Source: a virus
Lineage: Duplodnaviria; Caudoviricetes
Direction: 5' to 3' (one strand)
Virus record (IMG/VR): IMGVR_UViG_3300033073_001271
Location: 1-64,000 of that record
Length of the DNA stretch: 64,000 nucleotides
Below the pieces are notes generated by a model. That model was not told the DNA's origin. It made no database searches and saw only the letters and a program-made list of their open reading frames with translations. The position numbers were made by a program, and so were the translations under genes. Position 1 is the first letter of the stretch. Every line of letters starts with the position of its first letter. Below, in pieces: positions 47,201-57,300 of this stretch.

Positions 47201-47825
47201 TTAATACAGGTTTTAAGTCCGGAACATAAAAAGAATCTAAAGGTTGGTCTAAGGGCAATTCTCCTTTAGCGGTATCTAATGTTAAGTGCGGTAAACCATC
47301 ATCTGTATAGATTGTACCATTAAATCCATTTAAAATAATCCATACGCCCTCAAGTAATGAGGCAACTGATTCCATTTCAACATTATACTTTCTTCCACCC
47401 CCAACGCTCTCCTCGTATGTATATTTCTGTATTACACCCGCAAATGAGAATGTAGCTTGTTCATCCGTAGGTTTTTGTTTAACTTTTACTACGCAAGCAG
47501 TTCCCAATTCTGGTAATTTATAATCTTTAATAAAATAAGGATCATAATTAGGAGCATTTGGATCTGTAGTTTCTGGTACACCTAATTCATTTGCATGTTC
47601 AAATATAAATTTCTTTGGGGGTATGTATAAATCAGATTCTGGATTACTATAGTCATCATAGTTGGGATCTGATGTATCATAAGCATACGGGTGATCATCT
47701 TCAACTAAAGTCACTGAACAGGTAGAATTATTAGATTTAAATCCTGTGCTAATATTAATATCTGTAACGTAACATCCTAAAAACTCGATTGGCTCTTCAA
47801 CGATAGTCATCTTGTATATATCCAT
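44226..47825 (-). CDS. Large putative tail tip/hub protein
   Basis: 1199 aa, downstream of the TMP; beta-rich N-terminus. Confidence 0.55.
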   Translation of the reverse strand: MDIYKMTIVEEPIEFLGCYVTDINISTGFKSNNSTCSVTLVEDDHPYAYDTSDPNYDDYSNPESDLYIPPKKFIFEHANELGVPETTDPNAPNYDPYFIKDYKLPELGTACVVKVKQKPTDEQATFSFAGVIQKYTYEESVGGGRKYNVEMESVASLLEGVWIILNGFNGTIYTDDGLPHLTLDTAKGELPLDQPLDSFYVPDLKPVLNYNDYTELDYPNKYDSKKFNKSRYTPSNIINLYAFKENHYDGGTFLNGYNPYTSKQPNPSKQTTGGKFGSADINSLGYPVKDLVDDIHACCKSSLFGGPIRFAGTIYKLDLSALNIAINQLGDFRIQSDNAIDIISLVNEITQYAMYDYVFLVEEDLDPYDTGVNMKYADLPEEFKADKYGMLKRARLRLKLISRREPPDKNAIKKIITDLINLPDPQKTLVSYRLGKELTSDMVTQKVLLGDKVSRHWFANQGSILPVWGQRGQGQSATYFYGRSVWDYWNPLAPVTITVNASELGSLTTASAFTPQDFIQISTNILELRCALSGRDSWNLYHKMFAIMDPISQRQRGYLSPIYPLGQVTNFTKQDISDIFNGKKTPHDLIDTSVDSAEVLASYMYGTKDAQVDYVQRIINTRFAAVSFAAEKYYGKQFLVATPSEPGKTGYDNDYNFRWVDYDKEAKTVWEISPDGAAWAGETITQYIPDISFYSNGMGRLKAVGVYPAVDFKMYGYNYPVVASDYSHLGTEYALTKVLEYNALENRNVERSVVVAPINIDEEWGTRYIDVSQLNIYDALLQDTVPLTGPISQPYKKGLTDSAGNSIASNYVKGFVKVDMKPVHLYDKYTTSFNAFGVLAQLICGDYLDGQIGADGKSLRIPKDIKVTYANMFGSENMECAIHPALCPPLYLSVPQQSTTYVWGPWWSFSGFDGEPGPNNTKKPVESKYITDVDDGRKGKAQITSNTSIKPENFGSIYAMNLSAQQLCDAELQKLHTNETGTVELADIPRWSITDKIFDVGPYINDMNISLSSEGGIVTRYNFTNWTQRAGKLAVYNYNKIIASRANNFKFLSYLRSKMAKASLPPVNRMLATSIEKQAMSTRNSTGGIFGNMLNVLARELNNSDVDVGVNIHSSPVPEAMKPIGTNILESFGSTFDQIYSPAYIFNQRYPVDHVDLYNIRLHLGHGGAGFTTPDTTGWADEDTRVNIEDRTLPPEAQG

Positions 47826-50050
47826 CCTGCATTAATTGTTAATTTGCCATTTGCCCAGTCCCACGTTTCCTGTAATTCGTTTAAATAAAAATTTGCTGTA
47901 TTTGGTGGATAATGATCAAGTACAACGGCAATTCCGCTGACTACACATAATGAATCTGGATATCTCTCTACTACATCAACAGTCGCTTCTAGTTGAACTT
48001 TTCTTTCCGATTGTTTTGTTGTTGACATATTTTGTAAAATAGGTCCAGTTTTTCTACCTAAAACCATAACTGGAACAATGTGTTGTGATTGCACACCAGA
48101 TGCCAAAGCATCAACTGTATATTTTTTATGATTAGGAATTTGAGCTGCGGAAGTTTTACGATATCTATTATCATCTTGAATATTTAAAGTAGCAGCTATA
48201 CAATTTGGAATTTTTAATTTAATATCCCTTAAACTTTTTGGTATTGGCTTATAAGTTGCACTAAATTGAATAGTTCCAGCTATTTTATTTTCTGTAATCG
48301 TAGTGGCTGCTGGCCTAATATCTAAAACCATATTAGAGTTATAAAATGGAGTATATGTATTATCTTCGAATATTTTATTTGCAAAAGTAAAAATATTAGT
48401 TCCGATTCCCCAAGGGGCAAAAGTAATTCCCGCATTACCATATGGAGATATGCCACTTGGTGCGCCCTGTGGATCATTTAAAGGCCAGCCAGAAGAGTCA
48501 ACTATGAGACCTTGTGAATAAGATGGAACGCCACTTGTATTTAAATCTTGAATAGTTGTAAAATCTGTTGGATTAAAATGCGTAGTAGCGGGCGTTGTTT
48601 GAATTCCACTATAGCATAATTGACTAAACATATCTCTGGCATTGACATATTTATTACTAATGTCTGACTTAACGCCTCTGGAATCTAGGCCATTAATAGT
48701 GCCTTCAATTTTGATAACGTCATTTCCATCTTCGCCTTTTTCATAACTGCCATTAATTTCAATGTTGGCTGGGCTTCTTGAATAAAAATATGTTGTAGTT
48801 AATGAATATGAACCAGCAACCATATCTACAGTTGAAGTTCTTACAACATTATATTCACCATAAACCCCGCTATCCCATAAATTCTGACTGATCATAGTAC
48901 CAGAATTTGGAATAGGACGAATACCACTAGCCCTTGCTGCTAATCCATATTTATTATCTAAATAAGTTTCATAAGCAGACTGGTCAACATGGAGTGGTAA
49001 ACCATTTGGCCCATTAGTTTGAACGACTCCATTAGAAACTCCAGCGGCAGTACTTGGAATAAGAGTGTCATCCGCTACAACAGCCCAAGCCGTTGGCATA
49101 AAAGCATTGCTACCAAGGTATGATCTACCATGAATATCCGTATAGATTATACCACCAAGTAAAGAATCCTTTTTCTTTCTTTGTACATAATTATACGCTT
49201 CATAAAACGCTTCAAATTTAGGATATTTGCTAATACCATCGGAAGCACTGGGCGCAGATTTTGAAGATGGTTTAATCATATTTGCATAATTATACAATCC
49301 TGATGAGGGATCATAATCATATGTTGGGCTATTATTTTGTATAGCGTTTTCATTTGCAACTGTATTATTATAAAATATTGGTATACCTTGTGCAGAAATG
49401 GTGTGTGTTATAGTATATGAATAGTATGGCATACTATAATCATTAGTCATTGTACCATTACTACGATTAAAGACAAAGTATGATAGCTTATCCTCTTCTT
49501 TTTTAATTTCAAACTGTTCTGCCGCTGCTTTTAGGCGAAACATATTTTCTAAATTTGGATCATTTGAAGGCGGAGTAATTGCTTCAAATGACATGGTGAT
49601 TTCTTGAAAGTGTATTCCGGCAGTATCTTCGGGTGCTTCGTTAATACCAACATTGTTAAGTTGTGCATACTTGTATTCTAATACTGGAATTCCAGACGGA
49701 ATAAAATGACCCGGATTTGCATCATCAGGAACTAGCCTTACAAGTTTAAGAGGGCCAGATCGTAAATCTCCAAGTCTACCAACTATAAAATCATTACTAT
49801 CTTGAGTAAGGTAATATTGACTTGTTGTACCAACTAAACTTGTATATCTATCAAAAGCTCCAGATGGAATAATTTTATTCGTTCCCATAGGTTCTGGGAC
49901 CATAGCGCCACGTATATTAAATGTATGTTTTTCACTTAATATCGTTCCATCATCCGCTCTATTGAACTCTTTTTGCATAGAGTTAGCAAAGCCATAATAT
50001 AATTTTATTGGCTCCGCCGTATCTCCGAATATCAATCCCATTAAGCTCAT
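47807..50050 (-). CDS. Putative tail protein
   Basis: 747 aa, beta-rich, in the tail module. Confidence 0.55.
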   Translation of the reverse strand: MSLMGLIFGDTAEPIKLYYGFANSMQKEFNRADDGTILSEKHTFNIRGAMVPEPMGTNKIIPSGAFDRYTSLVGTTSQYYLTQDSNDFIVGRLGDLRSGPLKLVRLVPDDANPGHFIPSGIPVLEYKYAQLNNVGINEAPEDTAGIHFQEITMSFEAITPPSNDPNLENMFRLKAAAEQFEIKKEEDKLSYFVFNRSNGTMTNDYSMPYYSYTITHTISAQGIPIFYNNTVANENAIQNNSPTYDYDPSSGLYNYANMIKPSSKSAPSASDGISKYPKFEAFYEAYNYVQRKKKDSLLGGIIYTDIHGRSYLGSNAFMPTAWAVVADDTLIPSTAAGVSNGVVQTNGPNGLPLHVDQSAYETYLDNKYGLAARASGIRPIPNSGTMISQNLWDSGVYGEYNVVRTSTVDMVAGSYSLTTTYFYSRSPANIEINGSYEKGEDGNDVIKIEGTINGLDSRGVKSDISNKYVNARDMFSQLCYSGIQTTPATTHFNPTDFTTIQDLNTSGVPSYSQGLIVDSSGWPLNDPQGAPSGISPYGNAGITFAPWGIGTNIFTFANKIFEDNTYTPFYNSNMVLDIRPAATTITENKIAGTIQFSATYKPIPKSLRDIKLKIPNCIAATLNIQDDNRYRKTSAAQIPNHKKYTVDALASGVQSQHIVPVMVLGRKTGPILQNMSTTKQSERKVQLEATVDVVERYPDSLCVVSGIAVVLDHYPPNTANFYLNELQETWDWANGKLTINAGWIYTR

Positions 50051-50054
50051 TTAA

Positions 50055-53000
50055 TTAATTCCCACGAACATAAAGTGTTGTTAAGTTAGTATTTTCCACT
50101 GGATATAGTTCACCAGAACTAAATAGTGATATTCCTGAATTGTGTAAATTTGCACTTTTGATTGTCATATCTAAATTACTTAGTACTGTAGTATTATACA
50201 CAAATAATGGCAATTGCGCTTCTGGAGTTTTAAACAATACTAAGTTCATTCCACCTTGCTGCGTAGGACCATTTTCAAATTGTGGACCTTGTAAGAATAA
50301 ATTATTGTAATTATAGTTTCCGCTAGAATTTAAAGTTGATCCACTTGGATTTGATAAGAATAGATTAATATTATTATTATATGAAGATGGCGGTGGATCA
50401 GTCGCCATTACCATATTCATTCTACCCGCGAAATCATCATATTCATATGTTTGAATATATAGTAAAGTACTGCCAGAAGAGTTTGGAACTCCTGTGTAAT
50501 AATTTTCAATATATAAAGTTACTGGTCTTACATATGGTTTTATATAATTACCAATCTGACCAGATGGTATTTCTATAACATTTCCAGCCTGATCTACCAA
50601 GGCTATGTCATTTGTTGCAACCACAAGTGGCATAGAACCATATACTTGCTGTGGCATTACAAGTGTAAGGCTATTGGTTGTAGTAAGCTGTTGAATTACA
50701 ATTGGTAATCCGCTTTTATATACATCAGGCTGTTTAATAAATAGATTGATTCCACTATTATGAGTTTCTATTTGTTTGCAGAATAAATTAATACCTGAGT
50801 TATGCACTGCCTCAGCTTCGGTATATAAATACAATCCTGTATTTACAGGAACACCGCCAAGCGCATATATAGGAATTGAATTATTTGCTCCGTCATTTGA
50901 TTTTATAAATAATGGAAGATATGTAGGATTAGGATAAGATTGATTGATAATTTTAATCGCTTTTAAATCTTCTGACCCTTCAAAAACTTCTAGAGATTCT
51001 ATAAGCTCAGCCGTTGGATTAGCCTCTATAAAAGATGCTTGAGAAGGTCTCATTCTCAAAACCGCTAGTTGAGTTAATAAATTATTATCAGTAATTAAAT
51101 GGTGATTTCTACATATAAAAATACCACTAGCAGCATCAAAAGTATAATAAGCGTATTCATTATAATCTCTTAATATAAGAGAATTGCTAAAAATATCATA
51201 TTTGCCACCAAGATTAGATTTTAAGGTTGCTGAATTTCCAGTTGTATTATCATAAGATAGATTATTGGTTAATGTATAGTATGAAGCGTTAATATCAGCA
51301 TATATTGCATTATCTAGATCAATAGTTGGTGAAATTCTTTGTAATAATGTGTATGGACCATCTAAAATATCTTTTTTATAGATATATAAATAATTTAAAG
51401 GGTCAGTTGTTTGATTAGAATCATCAGTTATAGAATATGCATCAGTTATTAAAAATCCATTATCTGCAACAAAGTAATTTCCAAAATTTTTATTTATATT
51501 TGGACTATCAATTTTTTGATTAAGATTATATCCAGATCCAATTCTGTCATAGATATATATAGATCCTCCGTTTGTATTCTTTGACATCCATCCTATAAAT
51601 AATTTTTTATTATCAAAGTCTGTATTTTCAGCATAAAATCCTAATTCATTAATTTGAACTTGCGTATCGCTTGAAACCATATTACTTGGAACGATAATTC
51701 CGCTTAAAGAAGATACTTCATTAGTGTTTAAATCTATATTGAAAGCAAGTGATAAAGCGTCAACATTTTTTACCCTATTATTCATTATAAAATCTGCACT
51801 TTTTACATATGTAGAACCAACGCAGTATAAGTTACCACTTTCTATATTAAAAGCTGCTGATACACCAAACGAATCTAAAAATCCATATTCACGGGGATAT
51901 TTATCCTGTAAAGGCATATCTATTCCCAGAGTATTATTTAAACCATATTCTTTATTCCAAGCGTAATATCTTGCGCCAAGCCAGTAATTATTCACATTTG
52001 AATTATATAAATTATTAGATAATACATTTCTAGTGCCGCTATTGTCTACAGTTAAATCATAATTATTTGTTATGAAATTATAACCTTCTCTTTTTGAACT
52101 TAAATTTGCAGCTTCGTAAGCAGCCCAAGGGTTTCCAGTTTGCGATACAGATGTTATATAGCTAATATCATAAGGAGATTTAGTTATATTATAGAAATGA
52201 ATTCTTCCATATGGTAAATAATGAGGTATGACAAATTTATTTGCTGGTATATAATCTTCACTATAAAATTTATTATATAATTCGAAAGAAAGTTCTGTTC
52301 CCGGCTCTGTAATCATTAAAATATAATTATTGTCAGAAACTTGACTAATTTGACAATCAGCACCAAATCTGTTTCCACCATACTCTTCGTAAATTACAGG
52401 ACTTGAATTATTCGATTCGCTTACTCTTTTGAATGGAAAAAAGTTATTCCACGATGTCCAACTATTTAGATAGGCTTGAGGTCTTGTTAATCCATCTTCT
52501 GTTTTATCTGATTCTATAGCTCTAGTATAAATACTACCTTCTACGCCACTCACTTCTACGGCAGTTCTAACTTTTGGAGAAAACCCATATCCATTTTTGC
52601 CAAGTGGAGAGTATAAAGTATGATTATATTTCCAACCATTAGATGTCCAGTTTACACCGCTAATAGTTTTTAGATTTTCTATATTTGCCGCAGTTTGGAA
52701 TTTAGCATCGTAATAAATATTAAAAGTGTCTGTAGTAACACCGCTGACATATTTTATGCCATTTAAACTAGTTACTCCAGTTGCACTAATAGCGGAAGAG
52801 AATTTAATGACTTCGCCATTATATAGACCGTGACCAGCAGAGGTAATAGTATTGTTGTTATATCCTGTAATTCCACCAGTTTTTTTAGTGTATATATCTA
52901 CTTTTCCGCAGCTTGGAAAATTGGCTACCTTAACGATCTTAATATTTGATTGTAAAGAAATAGTATTATTTGTAACTAAGAAAGTTCCATTTTCTGAATT

Positions 53001-54335
53001 AATTAAAGCAGTTCCATTATCAACGGTATTGTATAATTTTTTAAATGTTGGAGGAACTAAAGAAGTTGCAGAGTATGAAGTTTGTATATCTGAGGCTGTT
53101 AATACTGATGCGGGGCGCATGTAGGTGCTTAGCGTAACAAATAAATATTCTCCGGTATTTTCTCTAGTTACGATATACCATTTAAAATTATCGTCATCAG
53201 AAAATGGCTTTGGAGTATTATCAACACTATCGTCGCCCTTTTTACCGCTCGGCGGTTTAGGAGATATAAGTTTAGCTTTAGCTATATATTCATCTCTAGT
53301 TAATATTCCACCGTAAGAATATACCTGTGTTTCTGCAATATTTGTTCCCGATATATCAGCAGATTGATAACGTACTTCAATAAAAATATCACTATAATCT
53401 GGATACTCTGGTGTTACTGCAAAAGATCCAACTGGGGATGGTGCATAATTAGCTCTTGCCGGTCGTAAAAAATTAGGATTTTGTAATTGATTGTTAAACA
53501 ATTTAATATTCATCGTTGTCGTCAAATTTACACTATAATATTCGGAAAATGTATTAGAGCAACACTTTCTTACTTTTCCAAAGTTTGACGATAGCCCATA
53601 TTTAGAAGAGTCACATCCAGTACTAGGTTCTTCAGGCGAACATCCTTGTGCTGGAAGTAGGGGCGCAAAATTTGTAATAGATACAGAACCAGTACCACTA
53701 TATGATGCGCTTGGCGTACTAGATGAACATACTTGAAGGTCTATTGGATTTGATCCGCTAAATGGTGATTGGGTTGTTTTTGTAATTCCGCACTCATCAG
53801 TATAAGTAATGGTGATTGTACCTGTTGCCCCACCGGGAGATGGCGTTGCAGCAGCTTCATAAGTATACATTAATTGATTACAATTAACTTCTGATCCAAT
53901 GTCAGTGCAAGATACTGAAGCGTTAACAATGGTATCAATAGTTAAATTTGTATTTGTTAATTCGTATGTATATTTTTCTGTACTTGTCCATTCTCTGGTT
54001 GCAACTGCTGCAATGTCATCCGCTGTATCAACATCGTTAATATACCAATCGATTTCAAAATCATATATGTAGGGGGTTTTTCCACGATTGGTCCCGTAGT
54101 AATAATCATATTTATTTGATGAATAATCATTGATTCCATAGATTAACATGCCAGTTGCAGATGTAACATCTATTGTACTAGGAGACGACAGCGTGTAATC
54201 CCAATTCGTTTTATGTGGTGTGTAGGGGGCTGACTCAGCTTTTACTGTAATTGGCAATGTATTAAATATTCCAGTTGTTGAGGTTCTGGTTCCGCCCCAT
54301 ATATTTAATCCTAATCCGCCCGATCTTCTTCTCAC
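50055..54335 (-). CDS. Large putative tail/fibre protein with C-terminal short repeats
   Basis: 1426 aa, GTG start after GAGGGG; C-terminal N.G..L(F/Y) repeats. Confidence 0.6.
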   Translation of the reverse strand: MRRRSGGLGLNIWGGTRTSTTGIFNTLPITVKAESAPYTPHKTNWDYTLSSPSTIDVTSATGMLIYGINDYSSNKYDYYYGTNRGKTPYIYDFEIDWYINDVDTADDIAAVATREWTSTEKYTYELTNTNLTIDTIVNASVSCTDIGSEVNCNQLMYTYEAAATPSPGGATGTITITYTDECGITKTTQSPFSGSNPIDLQVCSSSTPSASYSGTGSVSITNFAPLLPAQGCSPEEPSTGCDSSKYGLSSNFGKVRKCCSNTFSEYYSVNLTTTMNIKLFNNQLQNPNFLRPARANYAPSPVGSFAVTPEYPDYSDIFIEVRYQSADISGTNIAETQVYSYGGILTRDEYIAKAKLISPKPPSGKKGDDSVDNTPKPFSDDDNFKWYIVTRENTGEYLFVTLSTYMRPASVLTASDIQTSYSATSLVPPTFKKLYNTVDNGTALINSENGTFLVTNNTISLQSNIKIVKVANFPSCGKVDIYTKKTGGITGYNNNTITSAGHGLYNGEVIKFSSAISATGVTSLNGIKYVSGVTTDTFNIYYDAKFQTAANIENLKTISGVNWTSNGWKYNHTLYSPLGKNGYGFSPKVRTAVEVSGVEGSIYTRAIESDKTEDGLTRPQAYLNSWTSWNNFFPFKRVSESNNSSPVIYEEYGGNRFGADCQISQVSDNNYILMITEPGTELSFELYNKFYSEDYIPANKFVIPHYLPYGRIHFYNITKSPYDISYITSVSQTGNPWAAYEAANLSSKREGYNFITNNYDLTVDNSGTRNVLSNNLYNSNVNNYWLGARYYAWNKEYGLNNTLGIDMPLQDKYPREYGFLDSFGVSAAFNIESGNLYCVGSTYVKSADFIMNNRVKNVDALSLAFNIDLNTNEVSSLSGIIVPSNMVSSDTQVQINELGFYAENTDFDNKKLFIGWMSKNTNGGSIYIYDRIGSGYNLNQKIDSPNINKNFGNYFVADNGFLITDAYSITDDSNQTTDPLNYLYIYKKDILDGPYTLLQRISPTIDLDNAIYADINASYYTLTNNLSYDNTTGNSATLKSNLGGKYDIFSNSLILRDYNEYAYYTFDAASGIFICRNHHLITDNNLLTQLAVLRMRPSQASFIEANPTAELIESLEVFEGSEDLKAIKIINQSYPNPTYLPLFIKSNDGANNSIPIYALGGVPVNTGLYLYTEAEAVHNSGINLFCKQIETHNSGINLFIKQPDVYKSGLPIVIQQLTTTNSLTLVMPQQVYGSMPLVVATNDIALVDQAGNVIEIPSGQIGNYIKPYVRPVTLYIENYYTGVPNSSGSTLLYIQTYEYDDFAGRMNMVMATDPPPSSYNNNINLFLSNPSGSTLNSSGNYNYNNLFLQGPQFENGPTQQGGMNLVLFKTPEAQLPLFVYNTTVLSNLDMTIKSANLHNSGISLFSSGELYPVENTNLTTLYVRGN

Positions 54336-54340
54336 GGCTA

Positions 54341-57300
54341 TTATCCCCCTCTTGTTTGATCCGATGCTTTCACTGCTTTTTGAACGTCTGGATGTTTAGA
54401 AACTTGATCTCTAATCCATCCTTCAATTGTTGATTTCATTGCATTGACAATGCCTTCTCCACTAACTCCCCCAACATTAACTTGGCCACCAAAAGTCACA
54501 TTGTGAGTTACAGTTACTGAACTTAATTGCCCAGCTAATGCACTCATTGTTGCTGTAAATCCATTAAACGACCCAACGAAGGCGTTTAAAGATTCGATAG
54601 ATTTAGCAAAACTAGTCATATCTGGCATCTGTGGAGCTTGTCCATTATTACCACCTTCTGCGTATGGATCTACACTTCCGCCTTCTTGATAACGGCGAAT
54701 TTTACCGCCTGAAGAGTGATGTCCCACTCTGCCGCCGCGAGCTAAATGAACAGCGCCGCCAGATGAAAAACTAGCAGATCTCCAACCCGGTTTAGCCTGT
54801 TGCATGATTTTTTCTACGGCTGTTAAAGGAGCGTTACTTTGTTGGTATTTTCTATTAGTATATCTACTAGCGTCATTCGCAGAAGGTTTTCTAGAAAATA
54901 AACTATCTTCTTCGGCTTTCTTTTTAGCAGCTAATTGCTCTCTAGTTGGATATTTTGCCAATAGTTGTTGGGCATTTTTTTCTGGAGCAGTCCAAGTTCT
55001 ACTAGATGGATTCCAAGTATAACCTTTTCCGGGAGATTTTAGCATAGAGTCAGCTTTTGCATTTGCGGCTCTCATACTATCATACTTTTTATTACTTGCT
55101 GCTGTAGCTGCTCTTGCAGCAATATTACCCTCTGCTATTTTTTTTCTATATTCATCTGGATCTGTAATATTTGCAGCATCCGCTTTATATTTTGCTCTTA
55201 TTTTTTCAGCATCAGTTGTTATTGCAATAGTTTGTCCCATATCGGCCATCTCACTTAGAGCGCCCGGAGTGCCTCTCATTGCAGATTGGCGAGTTCTTGC
55301 ATTTCTAGCTTGTGCAAAATTTTGAGGACTATTAATAGCATCTCTATTAAGAGGATTGCCACCTAAATCCATGCGGGTATTTTCAATTCTAGCAAAATCG
55401 CTCATTGGATTTGCAGCACGTCTTTGCGCCGCTCTAGCTCTAGCCCCAGCGCGTCCACCGCGAGCGTGATATTCAACTAATCCACCAGTAGCCATTCCAG
55501 TCATGCGACCTAATATTTTGGCAGCTTCTTCTTTGGATAGATCACTAATTTGACGATTTGATGTACTAGCTAATTTTTTAGCCTGTTCTTCTTTCTTTTT
55601 TCTGTTATTAGCAATTTCACTTGAGGTGGCTTTTCTTTCTTCAGTAGCAAAAATAGTACCAAAAAATCCCTTTTTGGCTATAGAATCAGAAAAATCTGGA
55701 CCTTTTTCCTTTTGTCTGTATTTTTCTGGTAAATTACGTTCTTGTAAATCATATTTATCTAATACATTTTGTCTATGAATATCTTTGGCAGTGCCAGAAC
55801 GGAATTGTAAAGATGGTCCTGCATCATACCCAAAACGATTAGCTATAGTGCCACCAATACTACCAGTCATCATATTGCGATCATAAATATTACGATTAAA
55901 CCATTTGCCAAGGCTCGCAGACCAACTATCATTAAAATCTGGAGCGTTTGCACCTTCTGGACCTGCTTCAATTTCTTTTACGGCTGCTGCGGCAGAAGCT
56001 CTTTTTAAATTTGCATCAATGTCAATTTGTCTTTGATTTTCTTTATTTACAACTGGTTTTTGACTTTTTGCAATATCAACTCCAATATTAAGCAATCCAT
56101 TAGCAATACCTCCAGTCGGCTGTTGAGGCATTTGTCCAAGGCCATAACCACCGCCCGGAAGAGTATAATACGGCCCAGATCTTGCCGGGATTGGCGCTGA
56201 AAATTCTGCTATATCGGCAGCTTTTTGAGCTTTTCTTCTATCCGCATTAGCAATAGCTTTTTGTCTTTTAGCATTAGCGGATCTACCATAGTTTATGGCT
56301 CTACCGCCTCTTCTTAAATAGCTAACCAATCCACCAGTTGCATATCCATTATTAATAGCGTCTAAGGTATCTGTACCGATGCTATCGACGGCACTTTTCC
56401 TAATAACATATTCACCCGGAGTTAACATAGCTGGAACAGTATCAGTGCCTTGAGGTGTGAAACCACCATCGGCTCTGTATATAATACCACCCTTTGCCCT
56501 TTTAGCGGCAGGCGGAGCGCCCGGATTTACTGGCACAGCAGCGCCCGTTTTCTTAAATGCTTCAGGATCTTTGATGAAGGATAAATAGTTATTTAATTTA
56601 GAAATATATTCGCCAAATAGTTCTATATTCTTATTAACAGCTTCTAAAGAAGTTTTTGTCGATGAGATGATATCATCTATTTCTTTGGTTGTTAGTTTAG
56701 AACTAGTAACTCCAGCAGCTTTTTGCATAGCTTTGGATTTATCTTGGCCTCTTTGTACATTACCTCTTAACTGATCATTGAAACCTTTAATTTTATCTGT
56801 TACTTGATTTAGAGCTTTAATTTGCCCCTCGCCATACATAATTTCAAGATCTTTTAATTCTTTTTGAGCGGCAATTTCTTCTTGATAAATATTTTGCAGT
56901 TCTGCAATTAATTTTTGTTCAGGTGTGGATGTTTCTGCCATGACCATATTTGCCATGTCCATATTACCACGTTTAGCAAAAAAGTTTGCAGTTAATTGCT
57001 TTTTAATATTTTTACCAGCATCACCAAGCTCACTTAATAATGAATCGACTTGACCTCGCATGTCACTAGATATAGCATCAAGATCGCCTCCAGCCGCCAT
57101 AACCTCTTGCAATGCTATAGCAGCATCATCTTTTGATTTGCGCTGTTCATCACTTCCAAAGGCATATCCAGTTGCAGCGCCGGTATATGCTTCTCTTTGG
57201 GCTTTAAACTTTTCTAATTCAGCAAGCGTGTCGCCCGTTCTTTCGCTTTGATTGGCCAGTGTTTTTAAAGATTGCTCCAGTCTATTTGCTGTGTTTTGTA

